DNA of 64,000 nt from positions 2,666 through 66,665 of the forward strand of contig JAGVLO010000006.1 of NCBI GenBank assembly GCA_020049775.1, written 5' to 3'. Source of the stretch: Alphaproteobacteria bacterium (GTDB taxonomy: Bacteria > Pseudomonadota > Alphaproteobacteria > Rickettsiales > SXRF01). Below the pieces are notes generated by a model, which did no database searches, was not told the DNA's origin, and saw only the letters and a list, made by a program, of their open reading frames with translations. Position numbers and translations under genes: made by a program. Of the stretch, positions 8,793 through 17,662 are shown piece after piece. The first letter of the stretch is position 1. Every line of letters begins with the position of its first letter.

Positions 8793-8992
8793 GTGCGGGT
8801 TTCCCTTGTGATATGACGTTGCGTGCGTAATAGAATCAACCTGGCTCTTGTCAGGATTCGGGCCTGATTTCCATTAAGAATAATTATAAAAATCAACTAT
8901 ATTTTAATATTACGATAACTATGTTATGGTAATAAACCATACCAAAATAAAATTAAACATCTTGAGTTGAGTTTCTGACAGGCAGGATAAAC

Positions 8993-9217
8993 ATGCAGAT
9001 ATTACCTTACCCCATAAAAATTGAAGCGGTGATATTTACTCTTGCCTTAAGTTTTTTGATGTTCATTGGAGGGGCTGCAACAGTTCATTATAAAATCCCG
9101 CTCTTTTATGATGCTTTTGCGATAGTGTTTCCAGAACAGAAAATGACTAAAGAAGAGCGAAAAGAGAATATTCTCAAACAAAAGATGGAAAAGAAAAGAA
9201 ACTCGGGACAGTTGTAG
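8993..9217 (+). pseudogene. N-terminal fragment (TM anchor + charged linker) of a third arylsulfotransferase-like paralog, or a short stand-alone derivative.
   Basis: SFLMFIGGAATVHYKIP...KEERKENILKQKMEKKRNS aligns with SFLSFLMGAATLHFENP...EEMQREKNS (10994 gene) and FFAGGTSIYYKT...EEMEKQKNS (9550 gene). It stops before the propeller part. Confidence 0.45.
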
Positions 9218-9261
9218 GCAGATATTTAACAAGGATTTTTAATAGAATTATAGGGTATAAA

Positions 9262-9501
9262 ATGCACAAACTCATGGCTCTGCTGCTTATATTGAACGTT
9301 TTTTTACACACCTCTCCAGCAATTGCTTATATTGGTCCAGGCGCCGGAATATTACTACTTGGCCCTATGTTCACTATGCTTGCAGCGGTGGGTGTAGCTA
9401 TATTGATGTTATTGTTGTGGCCATTAATGGCGATACGGCGCAAGCGTAAAACAGCCAAGAAATCCACCACAGATAAGGATGCATCAGCGCCACCAAAATA
9501 A
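9262..9501 (+). CDS. Small membrane protein with an N-terminal signal/anchor and a YIGPGAG motif.
   Basis: 79 aa, two hydrophobic segments, basic tail RRKRKTAKK. Function unknown. Confidence 0.4.
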   Translation: MHKLMALLLILNVFLHTSPAIAYIGPGAGILLLGPMFTMLAAVGVAILMLLLWPLMAIRRKRKTAKKSTTDKDASAPPK

Positions 9502-9549
9502 ACGAGATATAAAATAGGCCTAGGCTATTAAACCACCAAGTGAGTACGC

Positions 9550-10926
9550 ATGAAATTTATAAAAAATATACCGCACCTGAAAATAGCACTTTTTTATATT
9601 TTGCTTGTTTTGGCAGCTTTTTTTGCGGGTGGTACGAGCATCTACTACAAGACATTTGTTGGTCAGGCAATAAAAGATGCGCTTAACGGTGTTGAAGAAT
9701 GGCAGAAAGAGGCCGAAGTTGAGCAAGTAGAAATGGAAGAAATGGAGAAGCAGAAAAACTCCAAAGTAACGGTTGCTCTGCTGAAGTACAGGGAGGGCAC
9801 TTATCCTGGATTTACACTATTTACAACACATCATGACCAGAAAGCACGCCTCTTGGACATGAAAGGGAATATTGTGCATCAATGGGAAAAGCCATTTAAT
9901 GAAGCTTTTCCGAAGCCGGACCATGTCACTAAGCCAAGAGGCCGTATTCACTGGTCGGATGCGCGATTGTTCCCAAATGGTGACCTGATCGTCCAATACC
10001 ATGGAGCGTTAGATACGCCGTATGGTTATGGCCTGGTCAAAATGGATAAGAATTCAACATTGATATGGAATTACCGTGCCAATACCCACCATACGTTTGA
10101 TATTGGTGAAGATGGACGTATTTATGGTTTGTCACAAAAATGGTATAAAAAACCTATCAATGGCTTTCCTTTTATAAAGCCGCCCGCATTGTTAGATTCC
10201 ATTTATGTACTTAGTCCAGATGGAAAAGAACTCAGCACTGTTGATATCATAGATACCTTTCGTGATACGCCTTATAAAGACTTGCTCAGAATTACCGATC
10301 CTGTATGGCGTGCGCTGGGTGATTATTTTCATACTAATTCCATCAGTGTCTTGAGAAATGATGTAAAATATAGCATTCCAGGTGTTAAGCCTGGCATGGT
10401 GCTGGTGTCGATTCGTAATCCGGATGTGCTTTGTATAATAGATATTGAGAAGCGGCGCACTGTATGGGCGTCCAGAGGCCCGTGGAAGCAGCAGCACAGC
10501 GCATATTTTACACCTGATGGCATGATCAGCGTTTATGATAATCAGGGTTGGGGAAAGCGTCGGACCCGTGTGATGGAATTCGATCCGCTTACTCTCAAAG
10601 AGACCTGGTCGTTTCCTAAACGTAAGGAGGATTATTTTTATAGTAATATCCGTGGACGCAGCGCTCTACTACCTAACGGTAATGTGACAATCGCCAAATC
10701 AAACGATGGCCACATCATTGAGGTCAACCGCAATTCCAGGGCTTTGTGGGAAGTAAAGGTAGAGAGAGAATATCAAAATGGCGAAACCGTCCGGCAGATT
10801 GTTTCTACAGGACTGCGATACACAAAGGAAGAGTTGCCCTTTATGTCGGGTATAGATCCGCTTGGAACGACGTCACCCAGTACAGAAGAAAATAACACGT
10901 TAGATGAGGCATCAGATAAAGAATAA
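9550..10926 (+). CDS. Arylsulfotransferase (ASST)-like beta-propeller protein, membrane-anchored, paralog 1.
   Basis: N-terminal TM helix. Motifs FPNGDLIVQYHG, THHTFD, GDYFHTNSI and DNQGWG resemble the ASST family. About 70% identical by eye to the next gene over long stretches. Confidence 0.5.
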   Translation: MKFIKNIPHLKIALFYILLVLAAFFAGGTSIYYKTFVGQAIKDALNGVEEWQKEAEVEQVEMEEMEKQKNSKVTVALLKYREGTYPGFTLFTTHHDQKARLLDMKGNIVHQWEKPFNEAFPKPDHVTKPRGRIHWSDARLFPNGDLIVQYHGALDTPYGYGLVKMDKNSTLIWNYRANTHHTFDIGEDGRIYGLSQKWYKKPINGFPFIKPPALLDSIYVLSPDGKELSTVDIIDTFRDTPYKDLLRITDPVWRALGDYFHTNSISVLRNDVKYSIPGVKPGMVLVSIRNPDVLCIIDIEKRRTVWASRGPWKQQHSAYFTPDGMISVYDNQGWGKRRTRVMEFDPLTLKETWSFPKRKEDYFYSNIRGRSALLPNGNVTIAKSNDGHIIEVNRNSRALWEVKVEREYQNGETVRQIVSTGLRYTKEELPFMSGIDPLGTTSPSTEENNTLDEASDKE

Positions 10927-10993
10927 TATGTCTCTTTCTCTGATAACAACTGCGTAGTTACCAATCTGAACTTAGCCTAGGCACAAAAATTAT

Positions 10994-12322
10994 ATGAAAC
11001 CATTCAGGCGGCTGGAAGTCATATTATTTCTACTTAGTTTGACGTTTTTGTCATTTCTAATGGGCGCCGCAACCCTCCATTTTGAGAATCCGATCGGATT
11101 CAAGCTGAAGAATGCATTTGATGGTATCAGTGTATGGCGCGAGCAGGCTTTGGCAGAGCGTATTGAGTTGGAGGAAATGCAGCGAGAGAAAAATTCTGCA
11201 TTGGAAGTTAGCTTGGTCAGGCGTAGTCAAGGGGCGTATGAGGGTTATACGCTCTATACGCTTTATAATGAGCAGAAGGCGCATCTATTAAACATGGATG
11301 GTACCAAGATACATGAATGGAACAAACCGTTTGAGGATGTGTTTCCGGAGCCAAAGCATGTTACAAAACCGAAAGGGCGTATTTACTGGGCGGATGCCAA
11401 GCTTTTTCCAAATGGTGACTTATTAGTTCAGTATCATGGCGCAATCGATACACCATACGGATACGGCATGGCCAAGCTTGATAAGAATTCTAAAGTAATA
11501 TGGTCATATGCAAGCAATACACACCATGAATTTGATATTGATAAAAACGGCAATATTTATGGGCTTACACAGAAATGGTACAAAGAACCTATTCCTGATT
11601 ATTCCGATATCATAAGCCCACCGGCTTTGCTGGACAGTATTTTTGTATTGAACGCGGAGGGGAAAGAACTGCAAAAATTTGACTTGATTGATGCATTTCG
11701 TGGCACTCCTTATCAGGAGTTGTTACGCATTGACAGTATAGCCTGGAAAATACAGGGAGATTATTTTCATACAAACTCGATCAGGGTCCTTAAGGAGCAT
11801 GTGGATTACACTATTCCGGGCGTTAAGGCGGGACAGGTTCTTGTTTCCATACGCAACCCAGGCATTATATGCATAATTGATCTTGAAACCAAACGCGTTG
11901 TATGGGCAACAAAAGGACCATGGAAACAGCAGCACAGCGTACATTTCATAGATGATGGAAAAATTATGATGTTCGACAATCAGGGCTGGGGAGGCGGGCG
12001 CAGCAGGGTGATGGCCATAGACCCTGTAACACTTAAAGAAACGTGGTCTTTTCCGGTCGAAGAGAAAGACTACTTCTACTCTAAAATACGGGGTATGAGC
12101 CATTTGCTTCCTAATGGGAATGTACTAATTACCGATTCCAATAATGGCAGAATTTTTGAAGTAGGTAGTAAAGGGGATGTGTATTGGGAGGTAAAGATTG
12201 ATCGTTTATATACGGATGGCAAGAAATACGGTCAGGTCATTTGCAGCGGTTCACGCTACTCACAAAACTCACTGCCATTTGTTGCAGATATTATTATAAA
12301 TAAACGCCAAAATATACCATGA
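10994..12322 (+). CDS. Arylsulfotransferase (ASST)-like beta-propeller protein, membrane-anchored, paralog 2 (tandem duplicate).
   Basis: Same architecture and motifs as 9550..10926 (FPNGDLLVQYHG, THHEFD, GDYFHTNSI, DNQGWG). Confidence 0.5.
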   Translation: MKPFRRLEVILFLLSLTFLSFLMGAATLHFENPIGFKLKNAFDGISVWREQALAERIELEEMQREKNSALEVSLVRRSQGAYEGYTLYTLYNEQKAHLLNMDGTKIHEWNKPFEDVFPEPKHVTKPKGRIYWADAKLFPNGDLLVQYHGAIDTPYGYGMAKLDKNSKVIWSYASNTHHEFDIDKNGNIYGLTQKWYKEPIPDYSDIISPPALLDSIFVLNAEGKELQKFDLIDAFRGTPYQELLRIDSIAWKIQGDYFHTNSIRVLKEHVDYTIPGVKAGQVLVSIRNPGIICIIDLETKRVVWATKGPWKQQHSVHFIDDGKIMMFDNQGWGGGRSRVMAIDPVTLKETWSFPVEEKDYFYSKIRGMSHLLPNGNVLITDSNNGRIFEVGSKGDVYWEVKIDRLYTDGKKYGQVICSGSRYSQNSLPFVADIIINKRQNIP

Positions 12323-12334
12323 TGAATTCATTTG

Positions 12335-13456
12335 ATGAATAAACCTGTGTCCAAAAAATTTGTACAACCCCCATTTTTACGCACGCATATAGGGCATTTT
12401 TTGTACCGTAATCCTTCACTTGCGATAGCTTTAGGAAAATTCGAGTCATCGCTGCTGGCCATAGATGAGAATGACAGGCCAATAAAAAGCCCTATTTACA
12501 TCAACGGTCTTGCACGCTCCGGCAGCACCATATTGCTGGAGCTGCTTTCCTCGCATGCCGGTATTGCCACGCACCGCTACGAAGACTTCCCGTTTGCCAT
12601 CACGCCATGGTGGTGGCGGCGCGTTATATCGCTTTCTTCATCTGGCGGTAGTAAGCCGCAGGAGAGAGCGCATCAAGACGGTATTATGGTGACCCCACAC
12701 AGTCCCGAGGCAATGGAAGAGCTGGTGTGGATGGCATTTTTCCCGCAGCTGCACGACCCAAACCATAGTGCGGTACTTACGGCGGAATCATTGAATCCGG
12801 AATTTGAAATATTCTACCGGAAGCATATTATAAAAATACTTATGCTTGAAAAAGCGCAGCGCTACCTTGCCAAGGGTAATTACAACACCACGCGCATGGG
12901 CTACCTGCAGCGCCTGTTTCCCGAAGCAAAATTTATCATTCCCGTGCGTAATCCGGTAACACATATCGAATCGCTGATGCGCCAGCATAAGTTATTCTCG
13001 CAAGACGGCGGGCAGAATGAGCGTGTACGCATGCATATGCAGGCGGCTGGGCATTATGAATTTGGCCCAGACAGGAGGCCTATCAATGTAGGTAATCAGG
13101 AGGTGACAAAAGCCATCTTGCAGGCGTGGGGTAGTGGTGAGGAAGTACGTGGTCTTGCTCTTTTGTGGAATGATGTGTATGGGTTTGTTCATAAACAATT
13201 ATCGTATCAACCTGATCTAAAGCGTGCAACGATGGTTATCAGGCAGGAAGATTATCTGGCTGATACTGCGCCGGTAATAAGAAAGCTGTGGGATCATTGC
13301 CAGCTTGAAGCCGACAGCAAGCTTCTTGCGTTGTTTGGCGAGAGGACGAAAGAGAAAAAAGAATTTTCCACTTCACTTTCAACAAAAGATATAGGGATTA
13401 TCCACGAAATTACAGCTAACACTGCGGCCTTGTACGGCTATGACAAACTTACATAG
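12335..13456 (+). CDS. PAPS-dependent sulfotransferase family protein.
   Basis: 5'-PSB-like motif INGLARSGSTILLELL and 3'-PB-like IIPVRNPVTHIESL. ATG at 12335, one codon after the TTG in the ORF track. Confidence 0.65.
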   Translation: MNKPVSKKFVQPPFLRTHIGHFLYRNPSLAIALGKFESSLLAIDENDRPIKSPIYINGLARSGSTILLELLSSHAGIATHRYEDFPFAITPWWWRRVISLSSSGGSKPQERAHQDGIMVTPHSPEAMEELVWMAFFPQLHDPNHSAVLTAESLNPEFEIFYRKHIIKILMLEKAQRYLAKGNYNTTRMGYLQRLFPEAKFIIPVRNPVTHIESLMRQHKLFSQDGGQNERVRMHMQAAGHYEFGPDRRPINVGNQEVTKAILQAWGSGEEVRGLALLWNDVYGFVHKQLSYQPDLKRATMVIRQEDYLADTAPVIRKLWDHCQLEADSKLLALFGERTKEKKEFSTSLSTKDIGIIHEITANTAALYGYDKLT

Positions 13457-13464
13457 GAAATGAT

Positions 13465-14196
13465 ATGATCGAAGCCCTTTTCACTACCGAAGCAATGATA
13501 ACGCTGGTGACACTTACATTGCTGGAAATTGTTCTGGGGATAGATAATCTCATTTTCATTACCTTAACGGCAAATGGCCTGCCACCGCACCAGCGCCAGA
13601 AAGCACGCCTGATCGGTCTTGGTCTTGCGTTGATTATCCGTGTGGCCATGTTGTTTAGCATCGCTTGGATTATGGGTCTTACGCAACCACTGCTGACTAT
13701 TATGGAAAACGAGCTGTCGTTCCGTGATTTGCTGCTGATTGCCGGAGGTGTGTTTCTCATCTATAAAACCACGCAGGAAATGCATTATGATTTGGCCGGA
13801 AAGCAGGCCGTGCAGCAGGTATATGTCCAGCGTGCGTTCGGAGCTGCTGTATTCCAAATCATTATGGTGGATCTGGTATTTTCTTTTGATTCGATTATCA
13901 CTGCCGTTGGGCTTACGGAGAATATACCGGTTATCGTGATAGCTGTGGTGATATCCATGGTTGTGATGATTATGCTCAGCGAAACCATCAGTCATTTCCT
14001 GGAGCGCTATCCTACTTTCAAGATGCTCGCACTATCGTTCATACTTATGATTGGTACATTCCTCATCGCGCAGGGGCTGGATTTTGATGTACCCAAAGGA
14101 TACATCTATTTTGCTTTTGGCTTCTCCATTTTTGTCGAGGCGCTAAATACAGTTGCCATGGAACGCAGGGCAAAGCGTAACCAGAAGCAGGACTAA
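13465..14196 (+). CDS. TerC-family integral membrane protein.
   Basis: LLEIVLGIDNLIFI and DLVFSFDSIITAVG motifs, multiple TM helices. Confidence 0.8.
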   Translation: MIEALFTTEAMITLVTLTLLEIVLGIDNLIFITLTANGLPPHQRQKARLIGLGLALIIRVAMLFSIAWIMGLTQPLLTIMENELSFRDLLLIAGGVFLIYKTTQEMHYDLAGKQAVQQVYVQRAFGAAVFQIIMVDLVFSFDSIITAVGLTENIPVIVIAVVISMVVMIMLSETISHFLERYPTFKMLALSFILMIGTFLIAQGLDFDVPKGYIYFAFGFSIFVEALNTVAMERRAKRNQKQD

Positions 14197-14265
14197 CCAA
14201 GCTTATGCTATCAGCGGGCTATGTAACGTGATATAGCTGTGTCTCATAATGTTTAGGGAGGTTTT

Positions 14266-14655
14266 ATGCAGGTTCCGCAGCAGCAGTTAAAACCAATATC
14301 TGGTGTTGAGCTTACAGCCGATGAAAAGGTTATTCTCAAATGGCTCCGCGCCGCTAAATGGGATGCCCAGACAGATGCGCGGGATCCGATTCCGTTCAAG
14401 ACAAAAGTTCCAGAGTTTTTCAATGGCGTCCGGCTTTATAAAGTGCAGGGCGGTGCTACGACCGGGGCAGGGGCTATGGGCGCGCTTGACCTGTTTATCA
14501 AAAAGATCGAGTTTCATGGTGTAATATCTAAGCAGGAACTTTATCCTGTTTCAACGCAAGGTGCTGCACGTTATCTTATGCTTAAAAAGAAAGACCTTGA
14601 AAACCTGTCGGTTGGTTCCGCTGCCGAAGATGATGACGAAGACAGTGGGGACTGA
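14266..14655 (+). CDS. Hypothetical protein with an acidic C-terminal tail.
   Basis: ORF with GGGAGG SD upstream. No family recognised. Confidence 0.4.
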   Translation: MQVPQQQLKPISGVELTADEKVILKWLRAAKWDAQTDARDPIPFKTKVPEFFNGVRLYKVQGGATTGAGAMGALDLFIKKIEFHGVISKQELYPVSTQGAARYLMLKKKDLENLSVGSAAEDDDEDSGD

Positions 14656-14868
14656 TTACCAGTTGAAGATGCCGTAGCCGACCTTGAATTGTTTGATGCG
14701 CCTTTCGGCATCGCTTTTAAATATGCCATATCTCTTTTTCAGAACATCGTAAAAAGCCTCCGGCTTTTCCTGATAAAGTGCAACTTCTTCGTCGCTCAGC
14801 TTGGTCCAGTTTTTCTTGATGGCACAGTTAAGTCTTTTCAGCCGTTTTATGGTGCGTGCGTGATTCAT
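14656..14868 (-). CDS. CsbD-like small stress-response protein (tentative).
   Basis: KKNWTKLSDEEV....KKRYGIFKSDAERRIKQF resembles the CsbD pattern W.KL(T/S)D(D/E)..........YG..K..AE. Overlaps the upstream gene's stop by ATGA. Confidence 0.4.
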   Translation of the reverse strand: MNHARTIKRLKRLNCAIKKNWTKLSDEEVALYQEKPEAFYDVLKKRYGIFKSDAERRIKQFKVGYGIFNW

Positions 14869-15080
14869 GCTATTCCTGCCAGCGTTGGTATAAGCCCGAT
14901 GATGATAAAGGCGATGGTGGTTATAAGTCCGAAAATGATGGTGGATACTATAAGTTCCCCTTTGGACACTTTAGGAAACGCTGCATGTAATTTATCCAGC
15001 CACTGCCGGATGTCTGTGACCTGCACAAACATTCTGTGTGCTTTGGTGGTTAAAAGCACCATGGCTGCCTTGTTTATCAT
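14865..15080 (-). CDS. Small tail-anchored membrane protein, hypothetical.
   Basis: ATG at 15080 with GGAG 8 nt upstream. C-terminal TM helix IIFGLITTIAFIIIGLIPTLAGI. Coupled to the CsbD-like gene. Confidence 0.35.
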   Translation of the reverse strand: MINKAAMVLLTTKAHRMFVQVTDIRQWLDKLHAAFPKVSKGELIVSTIIFGLITTIAFIIIGLIPTLAGIA

Positions 15081-15363
15081 GCATAAGCTCCGTAAGGGGC
15101 TGCGAGCATAAAACGCTATTGCTTCGTGTGGCAACCTGTACACCAAGCCTATACTTCGCCCGCCAAAAAGATAGCGTTATCATCAATAATTCATTGAAAT
15201 ATCATTAATTAATATATTGACTTTCAGTGTTGCGGCGCGTGTACCGATTATATTGCCCTGATTCTACTTGAACTTATCATTGCGCCGGGCATTATGTGAG
15301 TAATTAATAATAATTAACAATAATGACTGCGACATAAGTTGCACAGCATCAGGGAGACACAAA

Positions 15364-17454
15364 ATGGTAGGCTACGATCCGCTTCTTCAGGCTAACGCCA
15401 ATCCACTACTGCAACCTTATACCGTTCCGCCTATGGATATGGTTAAGGCAGAACATTTTGAACCTGCTATTGATGTTGCTCTGGAAGAGGCGGGCAAAAA
15501 ACTGGCGGCACTGAAAGCCGATAGCAGCACACCCGATTTCGAAAATACTGTGGTTGCGCTCGACCAGCTGTTAAATAATGTCAATCGCGTACAATATGTA
15601 CTCGGCACACTGATAACTTCAAAATATGACGATGAACTGATAGCGCTTGAAGAAGTCATTAACAAAAAAGTCGCTGAATTTACAAAAACCGTATATCAGG
15701 ACAAGGCACTCGCCGATCGCTTTCAAGCGGTCGCAAAGCCTACGGCTGGAGAGGACCAGACGTTATATAAAGATATTTCTGATACATTTGAAAGCGAAGG
15801 AGCTTTCCTTGCAGTCGAAGGCCAGCAGCGCATCAAGGAGATTGATGACCGGCTGATTACGCTTGCCAGCAAATTCATGGATAATTTGAACAAGGGCACG
15901 CAACAGCAGGCCGTGCTTTTTACAGATAAGGAAGATATCGCAGGCCTGCCGGAATCCGTGGTTTCCGCGCTGCGTGAGAGCGCGCAGGAAGCGGGCCATA
16001 ACGAGGGCTGGCTGGTAGTGCCGGAACGCCTGCAGGTAGATATGCTGCTTGACCTTGGTGCAAGCCGCAATTTCCGTCAGAAGGTCTATGAAGCGCTGGG
16101 CTGCGTAGGGACGCAGGAGCCGCATGACAATGAACCTATTATCAAGGAAATACTGGGACTGCGACAGGAGAGGGCGAAGATGCTAGGTTACCCTGATCAC
16201 GCAAGTTACGCGTTGTCTAGCACCATGGCCGGAAGCATTAACCGCGCCAATGAATTTATGGATGCGGTGACGGATAAGGCATTGCCGAAGTTTGAGGAAA
16301 CCGTGCGTCTGGTGCAGGCGTTTGCAGCTGCCAATGACGGCCCGCGCAAACTGGAGGCTTGGGACTTGCCGTACTGGGCTGCACAATACAAAGAAAAGAA
16401 CTACGGCTTCGATGCGGCGAAATACTCCGAATATTTGCCGTTGGATAATGTAATTGACGGATTCTTCAAAACTGCCGAGCGCGTGTTTGACGTGCAGTTC
16501 AAGGAAAACACCACCTACCCGAAATATCACGACGATGTACGCACCTATGATGTGACCAGTAATAAAACCGGCGAACATCTGGGGATTATTTACGCCGATT
16601 TCTTTGCCCGTGATAACAAGCAGGGCGGTGCGTGGATGTCCGAATTGCAGACAAAGTCCGAAGGCCACCCCAATATCGTAACAATGAACCTGAACCTGAT
16701 GAAACCAGAAGCAGGAAAAACCACGTTGCTCAGCATAGATGACATGAATACGCTGTTTCATGAAGGCGGGCATGCCATGCACGGACTGATCGGTACCAAC
16801 ACACGCCATGCGTCACTGCGCGGTGTAAATGGTTCGTCGGATTATATCGAATTTTTCTCAACCGTGATGGAAAGCTGGATGACCGAGAAGGATGCACTTG
16901 ATACTTACGCACGGCATTACAAGACCGGTGAGAAATTGCCAGACGAATTGTTTGAAGCGATGAAGCGCTCAGATACTTTCCTTGCCGAAAGCAAAGCACT
17001 CAAGGTAGCCCAGAATGCCAGACGCGATTTTGCTTTCCACACCGCCGACCCTGCAAAATATACCACCAGCAAGGCGCTGGAAGATGCAGCGGACTTCAAG
17101 CATCCGCTATCGGCGCATATACGCTCCTACCCGCTTAACCGCTGGAGCCATTTATTCTCAGATGGTCTTTCTGATTATGCCTCGTGCTATTACGGTTATT
17201 TGTGGTCGGAAGGTCTGGCATCACTTGGTTTCAAGCCATTCCAGCAAAAAGGCACTTATGACAGGCAGTCCAGCGACCGTTTGGCAAGGATGTATAGTTA
17301 TGGCGTCAGCCGTGATATGAATCAGGCGTTTGAAGAATTGCACGGTGGTAAATTTACCACCGGTGATATGGCCGATGCGCTTCTGCAAAAGCTTGGCGCG
17401 GACAGGAATCCAAGGGTCAGCACATTCGCTTCTAGTGGCAAAATAATGGCCTGA
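15364..17454 (+). CDS. M3-family zinc metallopeptidase (peptidyl-dipeptidase Dcp / oligopeptidase A-like).
   Basis: 696 aa. HEXXH motif FHEGGHAMH plus a downstream E, with typical M3 length and layout. Confidence 0.8.
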   Translation: MVGYDPLLQANANPLLQPYTVPPMDMVKAEHFEPAIDVALEEAGKKLAALKADSSTPDFENTVVALDQLLNNVNRVQYVLGTLITSKYDDELIALEEVINKKVAEFTKTVYQDKALADRFQAVAKPTAGEDQTLYKDISDTFESEGAFLAVEGQQRIKEIDDRLITLASKFMDNLNKGTQQQAVLFTDKEDIAGLPESVVSALRESAQEAGHNEGWLVVPERLQVDMLLDLGASRNFRQKVYEALGCVGTQEPHDNEPIIKEILGLRQERAKMLGYPDHASYALSSTMAGSINRANEFMDAVTDKALPKFEETVRLVQAFAAANDGPRKLEAWDLPYWAAQYKEKNYGFDAAKYSEYLPLDNVIDGFFKTAERVFDVQFKENTTYPKYHDDVRTYDVTSNKTGEHLGIIYADFFARDNKQGGAWMSELQTKSEGHPNIVTMNLNLMKPEAGKTTLLSIDDMNTLFHEGGHAMHGLIGTNTRHASLRGVNGSSDYIEFFSTVMESWMTEKDALDTYARHYKTGEKLPDELFEAMKRSDTFLAESKALKVAQNARRDFAFHTADPAKYTTSKALEDAADFKHPLSAHIRSYPLNRWSHLFSDGLSDYASCYYGYLWSEGLASLGFKPFQQKGTYDRQSSDRLARMYSYGVSRDMNQAFEELHGGKFTTGDMADALLQKLGADRNPRVSTFASSGKIMA

Positions 17455-17627
17455 AAACATTCCCTTGAGAGGGGATGTGGGTGGGATTTATTGCAACCGG
17501 CCTCCGACACACCCTGTTTTTATTGTTATAAATAAACAGCTTGCTAATATATGTGCGTTTCTGTGCGGCCACAGAATTAATAAAACCGTAACATGCTATT
17601 TGTTGTATGGGCGCTAAACTATATTCG

Positions 17628-17662
17628 TTAAATTATTTACCTTTTTGGCCTATAATCAAACG
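17628..17662 (+). promoter_or_regulatory. Candidate promoter with TATAAT placed 6 nt before the ATG (possible leaderless transcript).
   Basis: TATAAT at 17651..17656 followed by caaacg then ATG 17663. Weak -35 (TTAAAT) at 17-nt spacing. No SD before either candidate start. Confidence 0.3.
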
